Below, piece after piece: positions 9,061 to 19,548 of a stretch of 64,000 nucleotides of DNA. This DNA comes from an uncultured delta proteobacterium. Its GTDB lineage: Bacteria; Desulfobacterota; RBG-13-43-22. Location of the stretch: positions 96,001-160,000 of the forward strand of contig CAWJJC010000022.1 of assembly GCA_963843145.1 (NCBI GenBank), read 5' to 3'. Both the position numbers and the translations under genes were made by a program. The notes under the pieces are model-generated. The model did no database searches. It was not told the DNA's origin and was given only the letters and a program-made list of their open reading frames with translations. Within the stretch, counting starts at the first letter, position 1. Each line of letters opens with the position of its first letter.

Positions 9061-10482
9061 TTAGGAAGAAACCTGCCGGGGCTTCTCTTCCAGCCCGTAT
9101 TTCCATTTTAAAAACTGTTCGCCGGTAGTGGGATAGAGGGCATAGATGAGCAGGTCAAAGTCGTCCTTGGCCAGGTCCCCGATTTTAGCGCGGGCCTCGT
9201 CCAGTTCCGGTTCCAGGTAGTCGGCCGCCCGCCCGGTAACCGGGGTCTGGCCCCGCTTGTAGTTTTTCAGGACCAGTTTCTGCACTTCAGGGTCAATGGG
9301 GGTGGGGGTTTTACCATAGAGGCCGAAGACCAGATCTTTGACTTGATTGGTGACCATCTTGTATTTTCCTAAAAGAACATTCAGGACGGCCTGGACCCCC
9401 ACGATCTGGGAGGTGGGAGTGACCAGGGGAGGCGTGCCTAATTCCTTGCGGGTTTTGGGTACCTCGGCATAGACCTCGTTCAGCCGATCCAGGGCCTTGG
9501 CTTCCTTTAACTGGCTGACCAGGTTGGAGATCATGCCGCCCGGGACCTGGTGGACCAGGACCGCCGTGTCGATCACCGACATGCGGTTGGTGGCCAGGTA
9601 TTCCTTATACTTAGGAGCTATGGTTTCCAGATATTCATCCATCTCGATCAGGGCATTCAAGTTCATTCCGGGATCCCGGGGAGTTCCTGCCAGCGCGGCC
9701 ACAATGGGTTCAATGGCCGGCTGGGAAGTCCTTAAAGCAAAAGGGGCCAGGCAGGTATCGATGATATCGACACCGGCTTCAATGGCCTTGAGATAGGTCA
9801 TGGAGGCCATGCCGCTGGTATAATGGGTGTGCAAATGGATGGGGATGGTGATGTTCTTTTTGAGCTCCGAAATCAACCAGGCGATATCGTAAGGAGCCAT
9901 AATGCCGGCCATGTCCTTGATGCAGAGGGTATCGGCGCCCATCGCTTCCAGCTCCTTGGCCTTATTCACGTAATAGTCCATGTTGAAGACCGGACCGCCC
10001 AGGGTTTTTTCCGTCAGGGAATAACAGATGGCCGCCTGAAAATGCTTGCCGTTGGCCTTGATCCGCTCCACACAGGTCTCGAAGTTTCGAAAATCATTCA
10101 AGGCGTCGAATACTCGGAAAATATCCATGCCGGCTTCACAGGTTTTGTCCACGAAGAGACGGCAGACATCATCGGCGTAGTTGCGGTATCCCACCAAATT
10201 TTGGCCCCGCAGAAGCATGGTCAGGGGAGTCTTCTTAATATGCTTTTTTAGGGTACGCAACCGGTCAAAGGGATCTTCGGCCAAGAAGCGGTGCATGGTG
10301 TCAAAGGTCGCACCGCCCCAGACTTCCATGGCCCAAAAGCCCATTTCATCCATCCGCTCGGCAATGGGCAGCATGTCTTCGAGGCGCATTCGGGTAGCCA
10401 GCAAAGACTGGTGGCCGTCCCGCAGGGTGTTGTCCTGAATTTTAATCGGGTTCTTCGGCCCATCCATAAACATATGATGCAT
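9061..10482 (-). CDS. Pyruvate carboxylase subunit B / oxaloacetate decarboxylase alpha-like carboxyltransferase (no biotinyl domain)
   Basis: LRDGHQSLLATRM, EVWGGATFD, IKDMAG, HLHTH, QVPGGMISN, PLVTPTSQIVG; no AMKM biotin motif. Confidence 0.9.
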   Translation of the reverse strand: MHHMFMDGPKNPIKIQDNTLRDGHQSLLATRMRLEDMLPIAERMDEMGFWAMEVWGGATFDTMHRFLAEDPFDRLRTLKKHIKKTPLTMLLRGQNLVGYRNYADDVCRLFVDKTCEAGMDIFRVFDALNDFRNFETCVERIKANGKHFQAAICYSLTEKTLGGPVFNMDYYVNKAKELEAMGADTLCIKDMAGIMAPYDIAWLISELKKNITIPIHLHTHYTSGMASMTYLKAIEAGVDIIDTCLAPFALRTSQPAIEPIVAALAGTPRDPGMNLNALIEMDEYLETIAPKYKEYLATNRMSVIDTAVLVHQVPGGMISNLVSQLKEAKALDRLNEVYAEVPKTRKELGTPPLVTPTSQIVGVQAVLNVLLGKYKMVTNQVKDLVFGLYGKTPTPIDPEVQKLVLKNYKRGQTPVTGRAADYLEPELDEARAKIGDLAKDDFDLLIYALYPTTGEQFLKWKYGLEEKPRQVSS

Positions 10483-10733
10483 TCCAATATCCTCCTTTAT
10501 ATCAAGGTAACTATCCGCGAATTCCCCGATTCGCCAGTTAATCTAAATTTACTTTAAAAAAGGAATGGCGTCAAGAAAGCGATTGATTTGGTTCTTAGTA
10601 TGTCTTTTGTCAGATGACACCCTGGACCTTTCAGGTTTCATCTCCCGATCACGCCCACGAGGTTTATAACCCGCAGAAGTTTTAACTCATTATTATTACA
10701 ATAAATTTATGTTCAAGGGGCGTCCAGTGCATG

Positions 10734-10749
10734 TGGCATAGATATTGCC
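10734..10749 (+). promoter_or_regulatory. Sigma-54 -24/-12 promoter
   Basis: TGGCAT-AGATA-TTGC (GG-N10-GC) about 60 bp before the USP start. Confidence 0.8.
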
Positions 10750-10807
10750 ACTGGGTAAGATGTTCAAAAATTTCGGGCAAGCGAATCCTATAAAAAGGAG
10801 GTTTTAT

Positions 10808-11221
10808 ATGAAAGTACTCGTGGCAACCGACGGCTCGGAACATTCGATGAAGGCCGTTCAAAAAGCCCTGGAGATGGCCCAGAAGGAAGGGGTACAGGTC
10901 ACCCTGATGTCCGTGGCCTATTTCTCCAAAGATGACTTCGATGACATGCCACCCAATATCCAGGACAAGCTGGAAGCCCAGGCGGCCGCGGCCTTAAAAA
11001 AAGCCAAGTCGGTCTTTGAGGCGCAAAAGATCCCCGTGGAAGCGGTGCTCGAAGCCGGGGTGGTGCCGGCCAATAACCTCCTCAGGCGGGCCGAGGAGGG
11101 CGAGTTTGATCTTATCCTGATCGGCAGCTCCGGGTTGACCGGGATCAAACGGGCGCTCATGGGCAGCACGGCGGCCAAGGTGGTGGCCCAGGCCCCTTGC
11201 AGCGTCATGGTCATCCGTTGA
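10808..11221 (+). CDS. Universal stress protein (USP)
   Basis: MKVLVATDGS...DLILIGSSG...LMGSTAAKVV...APCSVMVIR; AGGAGG RBS. Confidence 0.93.
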   Translation: MKVLVATDGSEHSMKAVQKALEMAQKEGVQVTLMSVAYFSKDDFDDMPPNIQDKLEAQAAAALKKAKSVFEAQKIPVEAVLEAGVVPANNLLRRAEEGEFDLILIGSSGLTGIKRALMGSTAAKVVAQAPCSVMVIR

Positions 11222-11321
11222 TATTTTCAGGGACGGTGATTTCAACCCTCGACGGCCGTCGTAGAAGAAAAAAAATTAACTAGTACCTATGGAAATAAAA
11301 AAAAGACAACGGAGGATAACG

Positions 11322-11615
11322 ATGAAGATTTGGACAAAGATCACCACTCTGATCACCGGCCTGCTTATCTTGTTTCCAGGCCTGGTTCTGGCGGCGGCCG
11401 AAAAGGCGGCCCCCCTGGTCATCGTGGCCGACACCCGGAAATTTACCGGCTGGGAGGCCTGGTGGACCAATCTCTACAATGAAAGTCATTTGTATTTTAC
11501 CTTGCTCACGGTGATCATCATTCCCCTGGTGGGAGTGATTTTTGGGACCATCGCCGACCTGGCCATGAGTCGTATCGGTCTCGACTTGAAGTCCAGGGAA
11601 TTAGCCGAACATTAA
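11322..11615 (+). CDS. DVU0150-like small membrane protein
   Basis: Signal peptide, IVADTR..GWEAWW.NLYNESH, one TM helix, GLDLKSRELAEH; sits upstream of a TauE gene as in the Desulfovibrio cluster. Confidence 0.75.
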   Translation: MKIWTKITTLITGLLILFPGLVLAAAEKAAPLVIVADTRKFTGWEAWWTNLYNESHLYFTLLTVIIIPLVGVIFGTIADLAMSRIGLDLKSRELAEH

Positions 11616-11707
11616 TTGATGGCCACTTCGGCTTCCGGCTCTCAGCGGAGATCGGGGAAGCGTTTTAGTCGAACGGATTAATAACTCTATTTTTAGGAGG
11701 TCACACT

Positions 11708-12760
11708 ATGGATTGGTTATATGTTCTCATGCCTATCGCCGGGGTCCAGATTTTCTGGCCCGGACTGATTATCCTCGGCGTGGGGGTCGGTGTCATTGGC
11801 GGGTTCTTCGGAATGGGCGGCGCCTGGATGGTAACGCCGGGCCTTAATATACTCGGTTTTCCCATGGCCTTTGCCATTGGCACCGATATCGCCCACATGG
11901 CCGGAAAATCCCTCATCGCCACCATGCGGCATGGCAAGTTCGGTAATGTGGATTATAAACTGGGATTGGTCATGCTGGTGGGCACGATAGTCGGATTTGA
12001 AGTGGGCGCCCAGATGGTCATGTGGCTGGAACGATTGGGCAAGGTGGAAGCGTATGTCCGCTATATGTATCTGGTCCTTCTGGCCCTGATCGCCTGGATG
12101 GTCTTCGCCGATGTGGCCAAGAAAAGGAGGAAAGAACGGGAGGCCAAAGCGGAGGGCAAAGAGATCGATCAAATGGCCACCGGCATCGAGTGGCACAAGA
12201 CCCTTCATAAGCTCAAGATCCCCCCGATGGTCCATTTCAAAGTGGCCCAGATCTATTGCACTGCCTGGTTGCCCATTCTGGTGAGCTTCTTGACCGGCTG
12301 GCTGGCCGGGATCCTGGGCATCGGTGGTGGCTTGATCCGCATGCCGGCCTTGATCTATTTTGTCGGCTGCCCTACCCATGTGGCGGTGGGAACGGACCTG
12401 TTTGAGGTTATGATTTCCGGTCTTTACGGGGCCGCCACCTATACCTATAAGGGGCGGACGGAACTGGTGGCGGCGATTATCATGCTGGTCGGCGCAGCGA
12501 TCGGGGCCCAGGTGGGCACCGTGGCCACCAAATATATTAAAGGTTACGGGATTCGCATCATTTTCGGGTTGGCCGTTATCGGCTGCGCGGTTTCCATTGT
12601 GTTAAAGTTGATTGCCAAGGCAACTGCCGGCATGACCCAAATCATCTTTGATGACGCTTCTACGGTCCTGGTACTGGGCCTGGTGGGGGCCATGTCGCTC
12701 TATATTATTGTTAAAATGGTTCAGGGCGCCAAGCAGGAATTGGCCTCTAAAAAAAGATAA
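11708..12760 (+). CDS. TauE/SafE (TSUP) family membrane transporter
   Basis: GGFFGMGGAW...AIGTD and GILGIGGG...AVGTD repeats. Confidence 0.9.
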   Translation: MDWLYVLMPIAGVQIFWPGLIILGVGVGVIGGFFGMGGAWMVTPGLNILGFPMAFAIGTDIAHMAGKSLIATMRHGKFGNVDYKLGLVMLVGTIVGFEVGAQMVMWLERLGKVEAYVRYMYLVLLALIAWMVFADVAKKRRKEREAKAEGKEIDQMATGIEWHKTLHKLKIPPMVHFKVAQIYCTAWLPILVSFLTGWLAGILGIGGGLIRMPALIYFVGCPTHVAVGTDLFEVMISGLYGAATYTYKGRTELVAAIIMLVGAAIGAQVGTVATKYIKGYGIRIIFGLAVIGCAVSIVLKLIAKATAGMTQIIFDDASTVLVLGLVGAMSLYIIVKMVQGAKQELASKKR

Positions 12761-12799
12761 GGGTCAATTAGAAACCTAAAGCAAAAGGAGAAAAGCGTT

Positions 12800-13393
12800 A
12801 TGCTGAAAAAATATTGTGGGTTGACTCTGCTGGTGCTCCTGCCTTTGATCCTGGCCTACGGCTGCGGAGAAATGGGTAAAGTGGACCAGGGTCGGGTTAT
12901 TGAATTCGACAAAGCCAAAGGGACGGTCACCCTGATCCAGGATATGAAAGCCGATCCTAAAAACCCGGATTACAACCATCTGCCGCCCGTGACCTATGAA
13001 ATTCCCAAGGATCCGGCTGAGATGGGCCCGGAACCCAAGGCCGGGTGGCGAATGAAGCTGGATGCCAAAGCCAAACAGATCATTATTTTCGATCCGGCCT
13101 CTCAGAATTTCAAAAAAATCGACTATACCCTCATCGACCAGAAGGAAGGGGTGGATGCCGAAAACCCTTTAGTCAAGGATAAGAAATTCCCGCTGGTGGA
13201 AAAGGAGAAGAAGGCCATCACCCTCTACTCCAAGAGACAAAAGCTTTTGACCACCTTCAGCGTCCCGGATGAGTATTTCGCCCTTCCGGACGGCGCCTGG
13301 GATGCGGGCGACGAGGTGCGGATTTATTATAAGGAGACCGGGAAGGCCCGGCGTTTCATGAATATCAGCAAGACCAATATTTATAAGAAATAG
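12800..13393 (+). CDS. Lipoprotein (DUF4881-like)
   Basis: Lipobox-like LAYGC; conserved position after TauE in deltaproteobacterial clusters (family name recalled, not searched). Confidence 0.7.
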   Translation: MLKKYCGLTLLVLLPLILAYGCGEMGKVDQGRVIEFDKAKGTVTLIQDMKADPKNPDYNHLPPVTYEIPKDPAEMGPEPKAGWRMKLDAKAKQIIIFDPASQNFKKIDYTLIDQKEGVDAENPLVKDKKFPLVEKEKKAITLYSKRQKLLTTFSVPDEYFALPDGAWDAGDEVRIYYKETGKARRFMNISKTNIYKK

Positions 13394-13419
13394 CCGTCCC
13401 GGCTCCGGTAGTGCCAGAG

Positions 13420-13454
13420 GATCGCCGGGGGATCCGAGGGGCCCCCTGGCGATC
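13420..13454 (+). terminator. Hairpin / possible terminator or mRNA stabiliser
   Basis: GATCGCCGGGGG...CCCCCTGGCGATC followed by TTCTT. Confidence 0.5.
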
Positions 13455-13528
13455 TTCTTGCTTAATGACGAGTTTATTGGTTTAATGATGATTCAAATTT
13501 TTCTAGCCAGGAAGCGAACGGTCTGACG

Positions 13529-13738
13529 ATGAATATTCAACAAAAAATAGGTGTAGCCGTACTGGATGTACTGATATTGATCGATTTGGGAATCGGTATG
13601 TATCGGGCCAACAAGACCCCTGATTTATTCACTCCGATTTTTTTCAAGACCTTTTTTGTCCTGGTCATCCCCACCCTGCTCGTGGCCTGGATAGTCATTA
13701 AAATGCTCAGGACCATCGAAGCTTCACCAAGCGTATGA
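13529..13738 (+). CDS. Small two-TM membrane protein
   Basis: 69 aa with two hydrophobic segments; ATGA overlap with the next gene. Confidence 0.75.
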   Translation: MNIQQKIGVAVLDVLILIDLGIGMYRANKTPDLFTPIFFKTFFVLVIPTLLVAWIVIKMLRTIEASPSV

Positions 13739-14523
13739 CCCTGGATCGGATTTCACGGTGGAGACGAGGGGCCGGAATTGCCGGCTCAATTTTTTGTCTC
13801 CTCAGCCTGCTGGCGGTCATAGACGCCCTGGTGGCCCGATTTAAGCAGCCGCTCAGTTTATTTCAAGTGCTTCCGGGGGCCGTCCTAGAGATCCAGGGGC
13901 CTCTGCGGGAGAAGGTAGACACCCCCGATAAACTGGCTTTTCAATGCGATTCCCGGGAAATCCGGATCCTTTTTGATGGAGTTCAGACCGGCTATTGGAT
14001 GGGGGGGTATCTCTGGCGGGGGCGTCTGGTCATCGGTCCTGAAACCCGTCCCGGTCTCTATACACTTAAGATCCTCGGTCCTGGAATGGCCGCCAGCCCA
14101 CCCTTCCCTCCTTTTCAGATCCGGGTATTCGGGGATGCGGATACGTATCGCCGGGCACTGCCTTCTCTTGTTCAAAGATACACGGGGGTTGTGCCCTGGG
14201 TGGCGGCGGTCTTCGCTTTTATCCCGGCCCTGGGATGCTTTGCCCTGGTTTTCTTTTTGTCCCAAAGAATAGAAGGCCTGCTGGCCGGGGAAGGGCGGGC
14301 GGAAATCTACCGGGTCCGTCAAACGGAGCGGGGTATCGAAATCTCCTTTGGCCTGGGCAGGGATCAGGGCTTGGAAGAAGGGACCCTGTTGAACCTGTTT
14401 GATGAAAAAGGCCAATCTCTGGGTACGGTAGAGGTCCAGACCTTAACCGCCGGAGATGCCGTGGCCCTAGCCGTCGAGGAGCAGGGGGTGCGCCCCGGCT
14501 ATTGGTTGGCTAAAATTAGCTAG
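13735..14523 (+). CDS. Hypothetical membrane protein
   Basis: 262 aa with two TM segments; coupled in the operon. Confidence 0.75.
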   Translation: MTLDRISRWRRGAGIAGSIFCLLSLLAVIDALVARFKQPLSLFQVLPGAVLEIQGPLREKVDTPDKLAFQCDSREIRILFDGVQTGYWMGGYLWRGRLVIGPETRPGLYTLKILGPGMAASPPFPPFQIRVFGDADTYRRALPSLVQRYTGVVPWVAAVFAFIPALGCFALVFFLSQRIEGLLAGEGRAEIYRVRQTERGIEISFGLGRDQGLEEGTLLNLFDEKGQSLGTVEVQTLTAGDAVALAVEEQGVRPGYWLAKIS

Positions 14524-14547
14524 CTGATCAACGGATGGAATAAGCGA

Positions 14548-16200
14548 ATGAAAGAGAAGGAATATCGCACTTTATGGTGGAAGATCGTCTTTACCACCCT
14601 GGGTTTCTCTCTGATCCCCTTGTTCGGTCTGGGGTTTACCATCTATTATCAGTTCAGCGTTTCGTACACCGCCAAGGTCATGGAGAACCTGAAAACCCTG
14701 GCGGAAAACCGCCGCAGCGCCATGGACCTTTTTTTTGACGAACGGATCTCCCAGTTGGTCACCATGGCCCATACCCACTCGATCAAGCAATTGGCCGATG
14801 AAAATTACCTCAACAGAGTCTTTAATATCATGCAAACCCGATCCAAATCCTATATCGATATCGGGGTTATTGATCAGGAAGGAAACCATTTGGCCTATGT
14901 GGGTCCCTATCCTGAACTCAAGGGCGTCAATTACCAAAAGGAAGACTGGTTTCAATCGGTCATGTCGGGCGGAGTATACATCAGCGACGTTTTTTTAGGT
15001 TTTCGAAAATACCCCCATTTTATTATTGCCGTGATGACTCGCGAAGGAAATCAGACTTGGATCCTGCGGGCGACCATTAACTCCGAAATCATCGACCAAG
15101 TTGTCCGGGCCGGCCAGATCGGGAAGAAGGGGGATGCCTTCATCGTCAATAAACGGAATATCTTGCAGACCGCACCCCGCTTCAGCGGGGAAATTTTCGG
15201 CCACCCCAAGACCCCGGATTTTTCCCGGGTGATCGAGAATCAAGTGGAGGAACAGTCCCTGGAAGGGGTAAGGGCCCTCTTTGCCGCTACGGTGATCAAT
15301 AATACCAAGTGGGTCCTGGTGATCAAGGAGGATCCCCAAGAACAGCTTACTCCACTATTGCGGGCCCGCTTTCTGGCCGCTTTTCTTTTATTGGCGGGCG
15401 TCTTGCTGATTATCGTCGGGACGATTGTTACTTCCCGCTTGATGATGAAAAGGCTGATTCAAATCGACCGGGAAAAAGCGGTGAGTGAGGATTTGGTCAT
15501 TCAGTCCAGCAAAATGGCAGCCCTGGGAAAAATGGCGGCTGGGATCGCCCACGAGATTAATAATCCCTTAGCCGTCATCGGCGAGAAAGCGGGCTGGATG
15601 AAAGACCTGCTGACTGAAGAAGATATCTCGCGAAGTGAAAATTTCAAGGAGTTTGAAGATTCCATCCGCAAGATTGAGTACCACGTGGAACGGGCTAAAA
15701 AAGTCACCCATCGTCTCTTAGGGTTTGCCCGAAGAATGGAACCGCTTCAGGAAACCGTGGATGTGAACAAAACTTTGGACGAAACCATCGATTTTCTGAA
15801 AAACGAGTCCCGGTATCGCAATATCGACCTTCAAACCGACTTCTTCCCTGATTTGCCGAATATTACCAGTGATTCCTCTCAGTTACAGCAAGTCTTTTTA
15901 AACATCCTGAACAATGCCATCGATGCCATCGGCAAGAATGGGATGGTGATGATAAAAACCAGATTCCTCCCCAAAAATAGTGAACTTTCTGTTGAAATTA
16001 CGGATAATGGCCCGGGAATCCCTAAGGAGATGGTAGCCAAAATTTTTGATCCTTTTTTTACGACCAAGGAAGTGGGCAAGGGAACGGGCCTGGGTCTATC
16101 CATTGTTTTCAGCATACTGGAAAAACTGGGGGGAAGAATCATGGTGGCCAGCGAAGAGGGGAAAGGCACTACCTTTACGATTTATCTTCCGACCAAGTAA
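14548..16200 (+). CDS. Cache-domain sensor histidine kinase (NtrB-like)
   Basis: AHEINNPL H-box, [28 protein letters not shown]. Confidence 0.95.
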   Translation: MKEKEYRTLWWKIVFTTLGFSLIPLFGLGFTIYYQFSVSYTAKVMENLKTLAENRRSAMDLFFDERISQLVTMAHTHSIKQLADENYLNRVFNIMQTRSKSYIDIGVIDQEGNHLAYVGPYPELKGVNYQKEDWFQSVMSGGVYISDVFLGFRKYPHFIIAVMTREGNQTWILRATINSEIIDQVVRAGQIGKKGDAFIVNKRNILQTAPRFSGEIFGHPKTPDFSRVIENQVEEQSLEGVRALFAATVINNTKWVLVIKEDPQEQLTPLLRARFLAAFLLLAGVLLIIVGTIVTSRLMMKRLIQIDREKAVSEDLVIQSSKMAALGKMAAGIAHEINNPLAVIGEKAGWMKDLLTEEDISRSENFKEFEDSIRKIEYHVERAKKVTHRLLGFARRMEPLQETVDVNKTLDETIDFLKNESRYRNIDLQTDFFPDLPNITSDSSQLQQVFLNILNNAIDAIGKNGMVMIKTRFLPKNSELSVEITDNGPGIPKEMVAKIFDPFFTTKEVGKGTGLGLSIVFSILEKLGGRIMVASEEGKGTTFTIYLPTK

Positions 16201-16223
16201 AGTGTTTCCGGGGGAGGTGACCC

Positions 16224-16625
16224 ATGGAGGAATTCAAGATACTGGTGGTAGACGATGAAGACGATTTTCGGGAGACGATTGTCAAACGGCTGCAAAAACG
16301 GAAGATGACGGCCCGGGGGGCGGAAAGCGGGGAAAAAGCGCTCGAACTCATTGAGGCCCAGCCTTTTGATGTGGTGGTTCTAGATGTCAAAATGCCCGGT
16401 CTGGATGGAATAGACACCCTGCGGGAGATCAAAAAGAGAAAACCCCTGATCGAGGTGATTTTGCTTACCGGGCATGCCTCGCTGGAATCGGGCATCGAGG
16501 GGATGAAATTAGGGGCCTACGATTACGTGATGAAACCGGCCAACCTGGAGGAGCTGATTGAAAAAATGCGCCAGGCCTATGAAAAAAAAGTGGTCTCCGA
16601 AGCCCAGGAACTGGAAGGTCGCTAA
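16224..16625 (+). CDS. Single-domain response regulator
   Basis: ILVVDDE, VLDVKMPGLDG, LLTGH, YVMKP. Confidence 0.95.
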   Translation: MEEFKILVVDDEDDFRETIVKRLQKRKMTARGAESGEKALELIEAQPFDVVVLDVKMPGLDGIDTLREIKKRKPLIEVILLTGHASLESGIEGMKLGAYDYVMKPANLEELIEKMRQAYEKKVVSEAQELEGR

Positions 16626-16637
16626 TCCCCTAGCCCC

Positions 16638-17579
16638 TCACGGGTTGATGGGGGATTTTTTGGGATCGTTAGTCCCGAACAAATTTTGGAGGGCCCTCTT
16701 CAACTCCGGGAATTCAAACTGGAAACCCAGGCCGACCAGTTTTTGCGGGAGTACCTTCTGGCCTTTCAACAGGACATTCCCAAATTCCCCCAGGATAAGT
16801 TTAAGCATAAACCCGGGGACGGCCGGGAGAAAGGCCGGTTTGCCGAGCACTTCGGCCAATATTCGGGTCAATTCTTTATTCCTCACCGGAGTGGGGCTCG
16901 TGCAGTTAATGGGACCGGCGGCTTCTTTTTGTTCCAATAAGAAAAGAAAGATTCGAGTCAGATCCTGCTGGTGGATCCAGGGAAACCACTGGTTTCCAGT
17001 GCCCAGCGGGCTTCCTAACCCTTTATTAAACAAAGGGATCATCTGATCCAGGGCGCCGCCTCTCCCGCCTAGAACAATCCCGAAGCGGCAACGAACTACC
17101 CGGACCCCGAAGACCTCGGCTTTCCGGGCCTCAGCCTCCCAGTCTTGGGCCATTAAAGCCAGGAAGTCGGACCCCGGCGGGGTGTCCTCCGTGATCTCTT
17201 CATCTTCGTGAAAGCCGTAATAGCCTACGGCCGAAGTGCTGAGCAGGACGGTCTCCAGCCCTTTTCGATCGGCTAAAGCGGAGACCAAGTTGCGGGTGGT
17301 CAGGATACGGCTGTCCCGCATTTCTTTTTTTGAAGCTTCGGTCCAGCGGCTGAAGATCGAGGCCCCCGCCAGGTTGATGAAGGCCTGGTGGTCAGCCACC
17401 GCTTTTTGCCAGGGACCCGGTTCTTTGGGATTGCCTTCCAGAAAGGCAGCCCCGGGAGGCAGGGGGCGGCCGGGTTTGATGGCCCGAGTCAAAAGGGTGA
17501 CCAGATGGCCCTGGTCGGTCAACCGGGCTGTCAAATGGCTACCGACAAAACCCGTTCCGCCAGTGATAAGAATTTTCAT
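16638..17579 (-). CDS. TIGR01777 family NAD-dependent epimerase/oxidoreductase
   Basis: ITGGTGFVG, INLAGASI, SAVGYYG, GNQWFPWIH. Confidence 0.92.
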   Translation of the reverse strand: MKILITGGTGFVGSHLTARLTDQGHLVTLLTRAIKPGRPLPPGAAFLEGNPKEPGPWQKAVADHQAFINLAGASIFSRWTEASKKEMRDSRILTTRNLVSALADRKGLETVLLSTSAVGYYGFHEDEEITEDTPPGSDFLALMAQDWEAEARKAEVFGVRVVRCRFGIVLGGRGGALDQMIPLFNKGLGSPLGTGNQWFPWIHQQDLTRIFLFLLEQKEAAGPINCTSPTPVRNKELTRILAEVLGKPAFLPAVPGFMLKLILGEFGNVLLKGQKVLPQKLVGLGFQFEFPELKRALQNLFGTNDPKKSPINP

Positions 17580-17582
17580 AAT

Positions 17583-18983
17583 TTAGATTGTATCAAAACC
17601 ATCCACTTTGGCAATATTTTTGATATCCATCCCGAATTCCCTGATCCGGTTCCAGACCGTGACCCGCGAAACCCCCAGGATTCGGGCGGCCTCGGTTTGA
17701 TTGCCACTGGATCGCTCCAGGGCTTCCCGCAGGGCTTTCTTTTTCATTTCTTTTCGATCGGAGGGAGCGTTTGGAGTCGAACTATTAAACCGTTTTCCCT
17801 GGAAAATTCCGAGAGGGAGGTGCTGGGGCTGAATCAGGGCTTCCTGACAAGTCACCAGGGCGTATTCAAAGGCGCTTTTTAATTCTCGTACATTTCCCGG
17901 CCATTCGTAGCTTATCAAGGCCTCCATGGTTTCCGGGCTGATCCCCTGGATCGGCTTGCCGGTTTTCAACTGGATTCGCTTAAAGAAAAATTCCGCCAGC
18001 AGGGGAATGTCTTCCACCCGGTCTCGCAATGGGGGTAAGACGATAGGGATGACGTTGATTCGGAAAAACAGATCCTCCCGAAACCCCCCCGAAGCGACGA
18101 GTTGTTTCAAATTTCTGTTTGTGGCCGAGATAATCCGGACATCCACCGGGACCGGCCGGTTTTCGCCCACCCGCTCAATAACTTTTTCCTCCAGGACCCG
18201 AAGCAGTTTCACCTGAGTGGAAAGCGGCAGGTCCCCGATCTCATCAAAAAAAAGGTCCCCCCCGTGGGCCGCTTCAAAGCGTCCTTTGCGACCCTCATAC
18301 GCTCCGGTGTAGGCACCCCGTACGTGTCCAAAAAGTTCGCTTTCCAGTAAAGTTTCGGTCAAAGCGGCGCTGTTGACCTTGACAAAAGGCTTTCGTTTTC
18401 GCGGACCGATCTCATGGAGGGCTTTAGCGGCCAGCTCTTTCCCGGTGCCACTCTCGCCTAAGATAATCACCGGAGCATCGGAACGGGCGGCATTGGTGAT
18501 CATATTTAAGGCCTGTTGCAGGGGAGCAGCGTGGCCCAATATTCCATGAAAGGTGTCTTCTTCCCGCAGTTCACGCCGGAAGGCCTCTATCTGGCTGTCT
18601 TTTTCCACGATCTCGGTCAGGTCGGTCAGTGTTTCCACGGCCCCAATAACCTGGTTTCCGACATCATAAAGAAGGGAAGCGTTTTTTAGGACCGGGACAG
18701 AGCTCCCGTCCTTTCGCTGGATGGCGCAACGCCGCCGACTCAGGCTGCCGAACTCAAAAACCGAACAAAACATCCGCCCCTTTTTGTCGCGCGCTTTTTT
18801 GCAAATATTACACTTCAGGACCGAACAGGACTGTCCCAAGATCCCCTCCCGGGAATAGCCGGTAATTTCTTCAAAGGCCCGATTTACCGAGACGATAAGA
18901 CCCTGTGGGTCGACAATCATCACTCCATCCTGGATCGTGTCCACTACTGTCTTCCAGTAACGACTCAACTCCTGTTCACGCAT
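17583..18983 (-). CDS. PAS-domain sigma-54-dependent transcriptional activator
   Basis: PAS with Cys cluster, GESGTGKE, ESELFGH..GAYTGA, WPGNVREL, Fis-type HTH; divergent from the tusA-hdr operon. Confidence 0.95.
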   Translation of the reverse strand: MREQELSRYWKTVVDTIQDGVMIVDPQGLIVSVNRAFEEITGYSREGILGQSCSVLKCNICKKARDKKGRMFCSVFEFGSLSRRRCAIQRKDGSSVPVLKNASLLYDVGNQVIGAVETLTDLTEIVEKDSQIEAFRRELREEDTFHGILGHAAPLQQALNMITNAARSDAPVIILGESGTGKELAAKALHEIGPRKRKPFVKVNSAALTETLLESELFGHVRGAYTGAYEGRKGRFEAAHGGDLFFDEIGDLPLSTQVKLLRVLEEKVIERVGENRPVPVDVRIISATNRNLKQLVASGGFREDLFFRINVIPIVLPPLRDRVEDIPLLAEFFFKRIQLKTGKPIQGISPETMEALISYEWPGNVRELKSAFEYALVTCQEALIQPQHLPLGIFQGKRFNSSTPNAPSDRKEMKKKALREALERSSGNQTEAARILGVSRVTVWNRIREFGMDIKNIAKVDGFDTI

Positions 18984-19174
18984 GGCTCCCCCTTCCGTTA
19001 AAATTTAACAGGGTATTAAATATATAATTTAACATTTTAACATCTTTGAGACTATAAAATTAATCCTTTCGCTCCTATTTGTTATTTCAATCAGGGTTCA
19101 AAAAAATACTTATAGCATCAAAATCAAATGGTTAATAAAAAAATGGCCGGATCGAGCAAGCCCTAGAAGGCGCT

Positions 19175-19190
19175 TGGCTGGAATCTTGCT
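19175..19190 (+). promoter_or_regulatory. Sigma-54 -24/-12 promoter of the tusA-hdr operon
   Basis: TGGCTG-GAATC-TTGCT (GG-N10-GC) next to a divergent bEBP gene. Confidence 0.7.
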
Positions 19191-19282
19191 TCTTCATTGT
19201 ATCAAGTATCAAACCAAAGTTTTCGCCTGAGGGGAAGGATTGATGTCAATTAATTTTAGTACCTATTCAAGGAGGAAAAAAA

Positions 19283-19537
19283 ATGGCTGAAACAGATTTG
19301 AACAGCATTACCGCGGCCAATACCGTCGATGCCCGGGGGAGCGCTTGCCCCGGACCACTTTTGGAAGCCAAAAAAGGGATCGGCAAGGTGAAGGTGGGAG
19401 AGATCCTGGAGGTCCTGTCCGGTGATCCCGGGACCCGAGATGACATCCCGGCCTGGGCCGACAAGGTCGGACATGAATACCTGGGTCTGCTGGAAGCGAG
19501 CGGCTATACCCGGCTTTTTGTGCGTCGGAAAAAATAA
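19283..19537 (+). CDS. tusA: TusA family sulfur carrier
   Basis: VDARGSACPGP motif, DPGTRDDIPAW..KVGHE. Confidence 0.92.
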   Translation: MAETDLNSITAANTVDARGSACPGPLLEAKKGIGKVKVGEILEVLSGDPGTRDDIPAWADKVGHEYLGLLEASGYTRLFVRRKK

Positions 19538-19548
19538 TCGGAGGAGTC

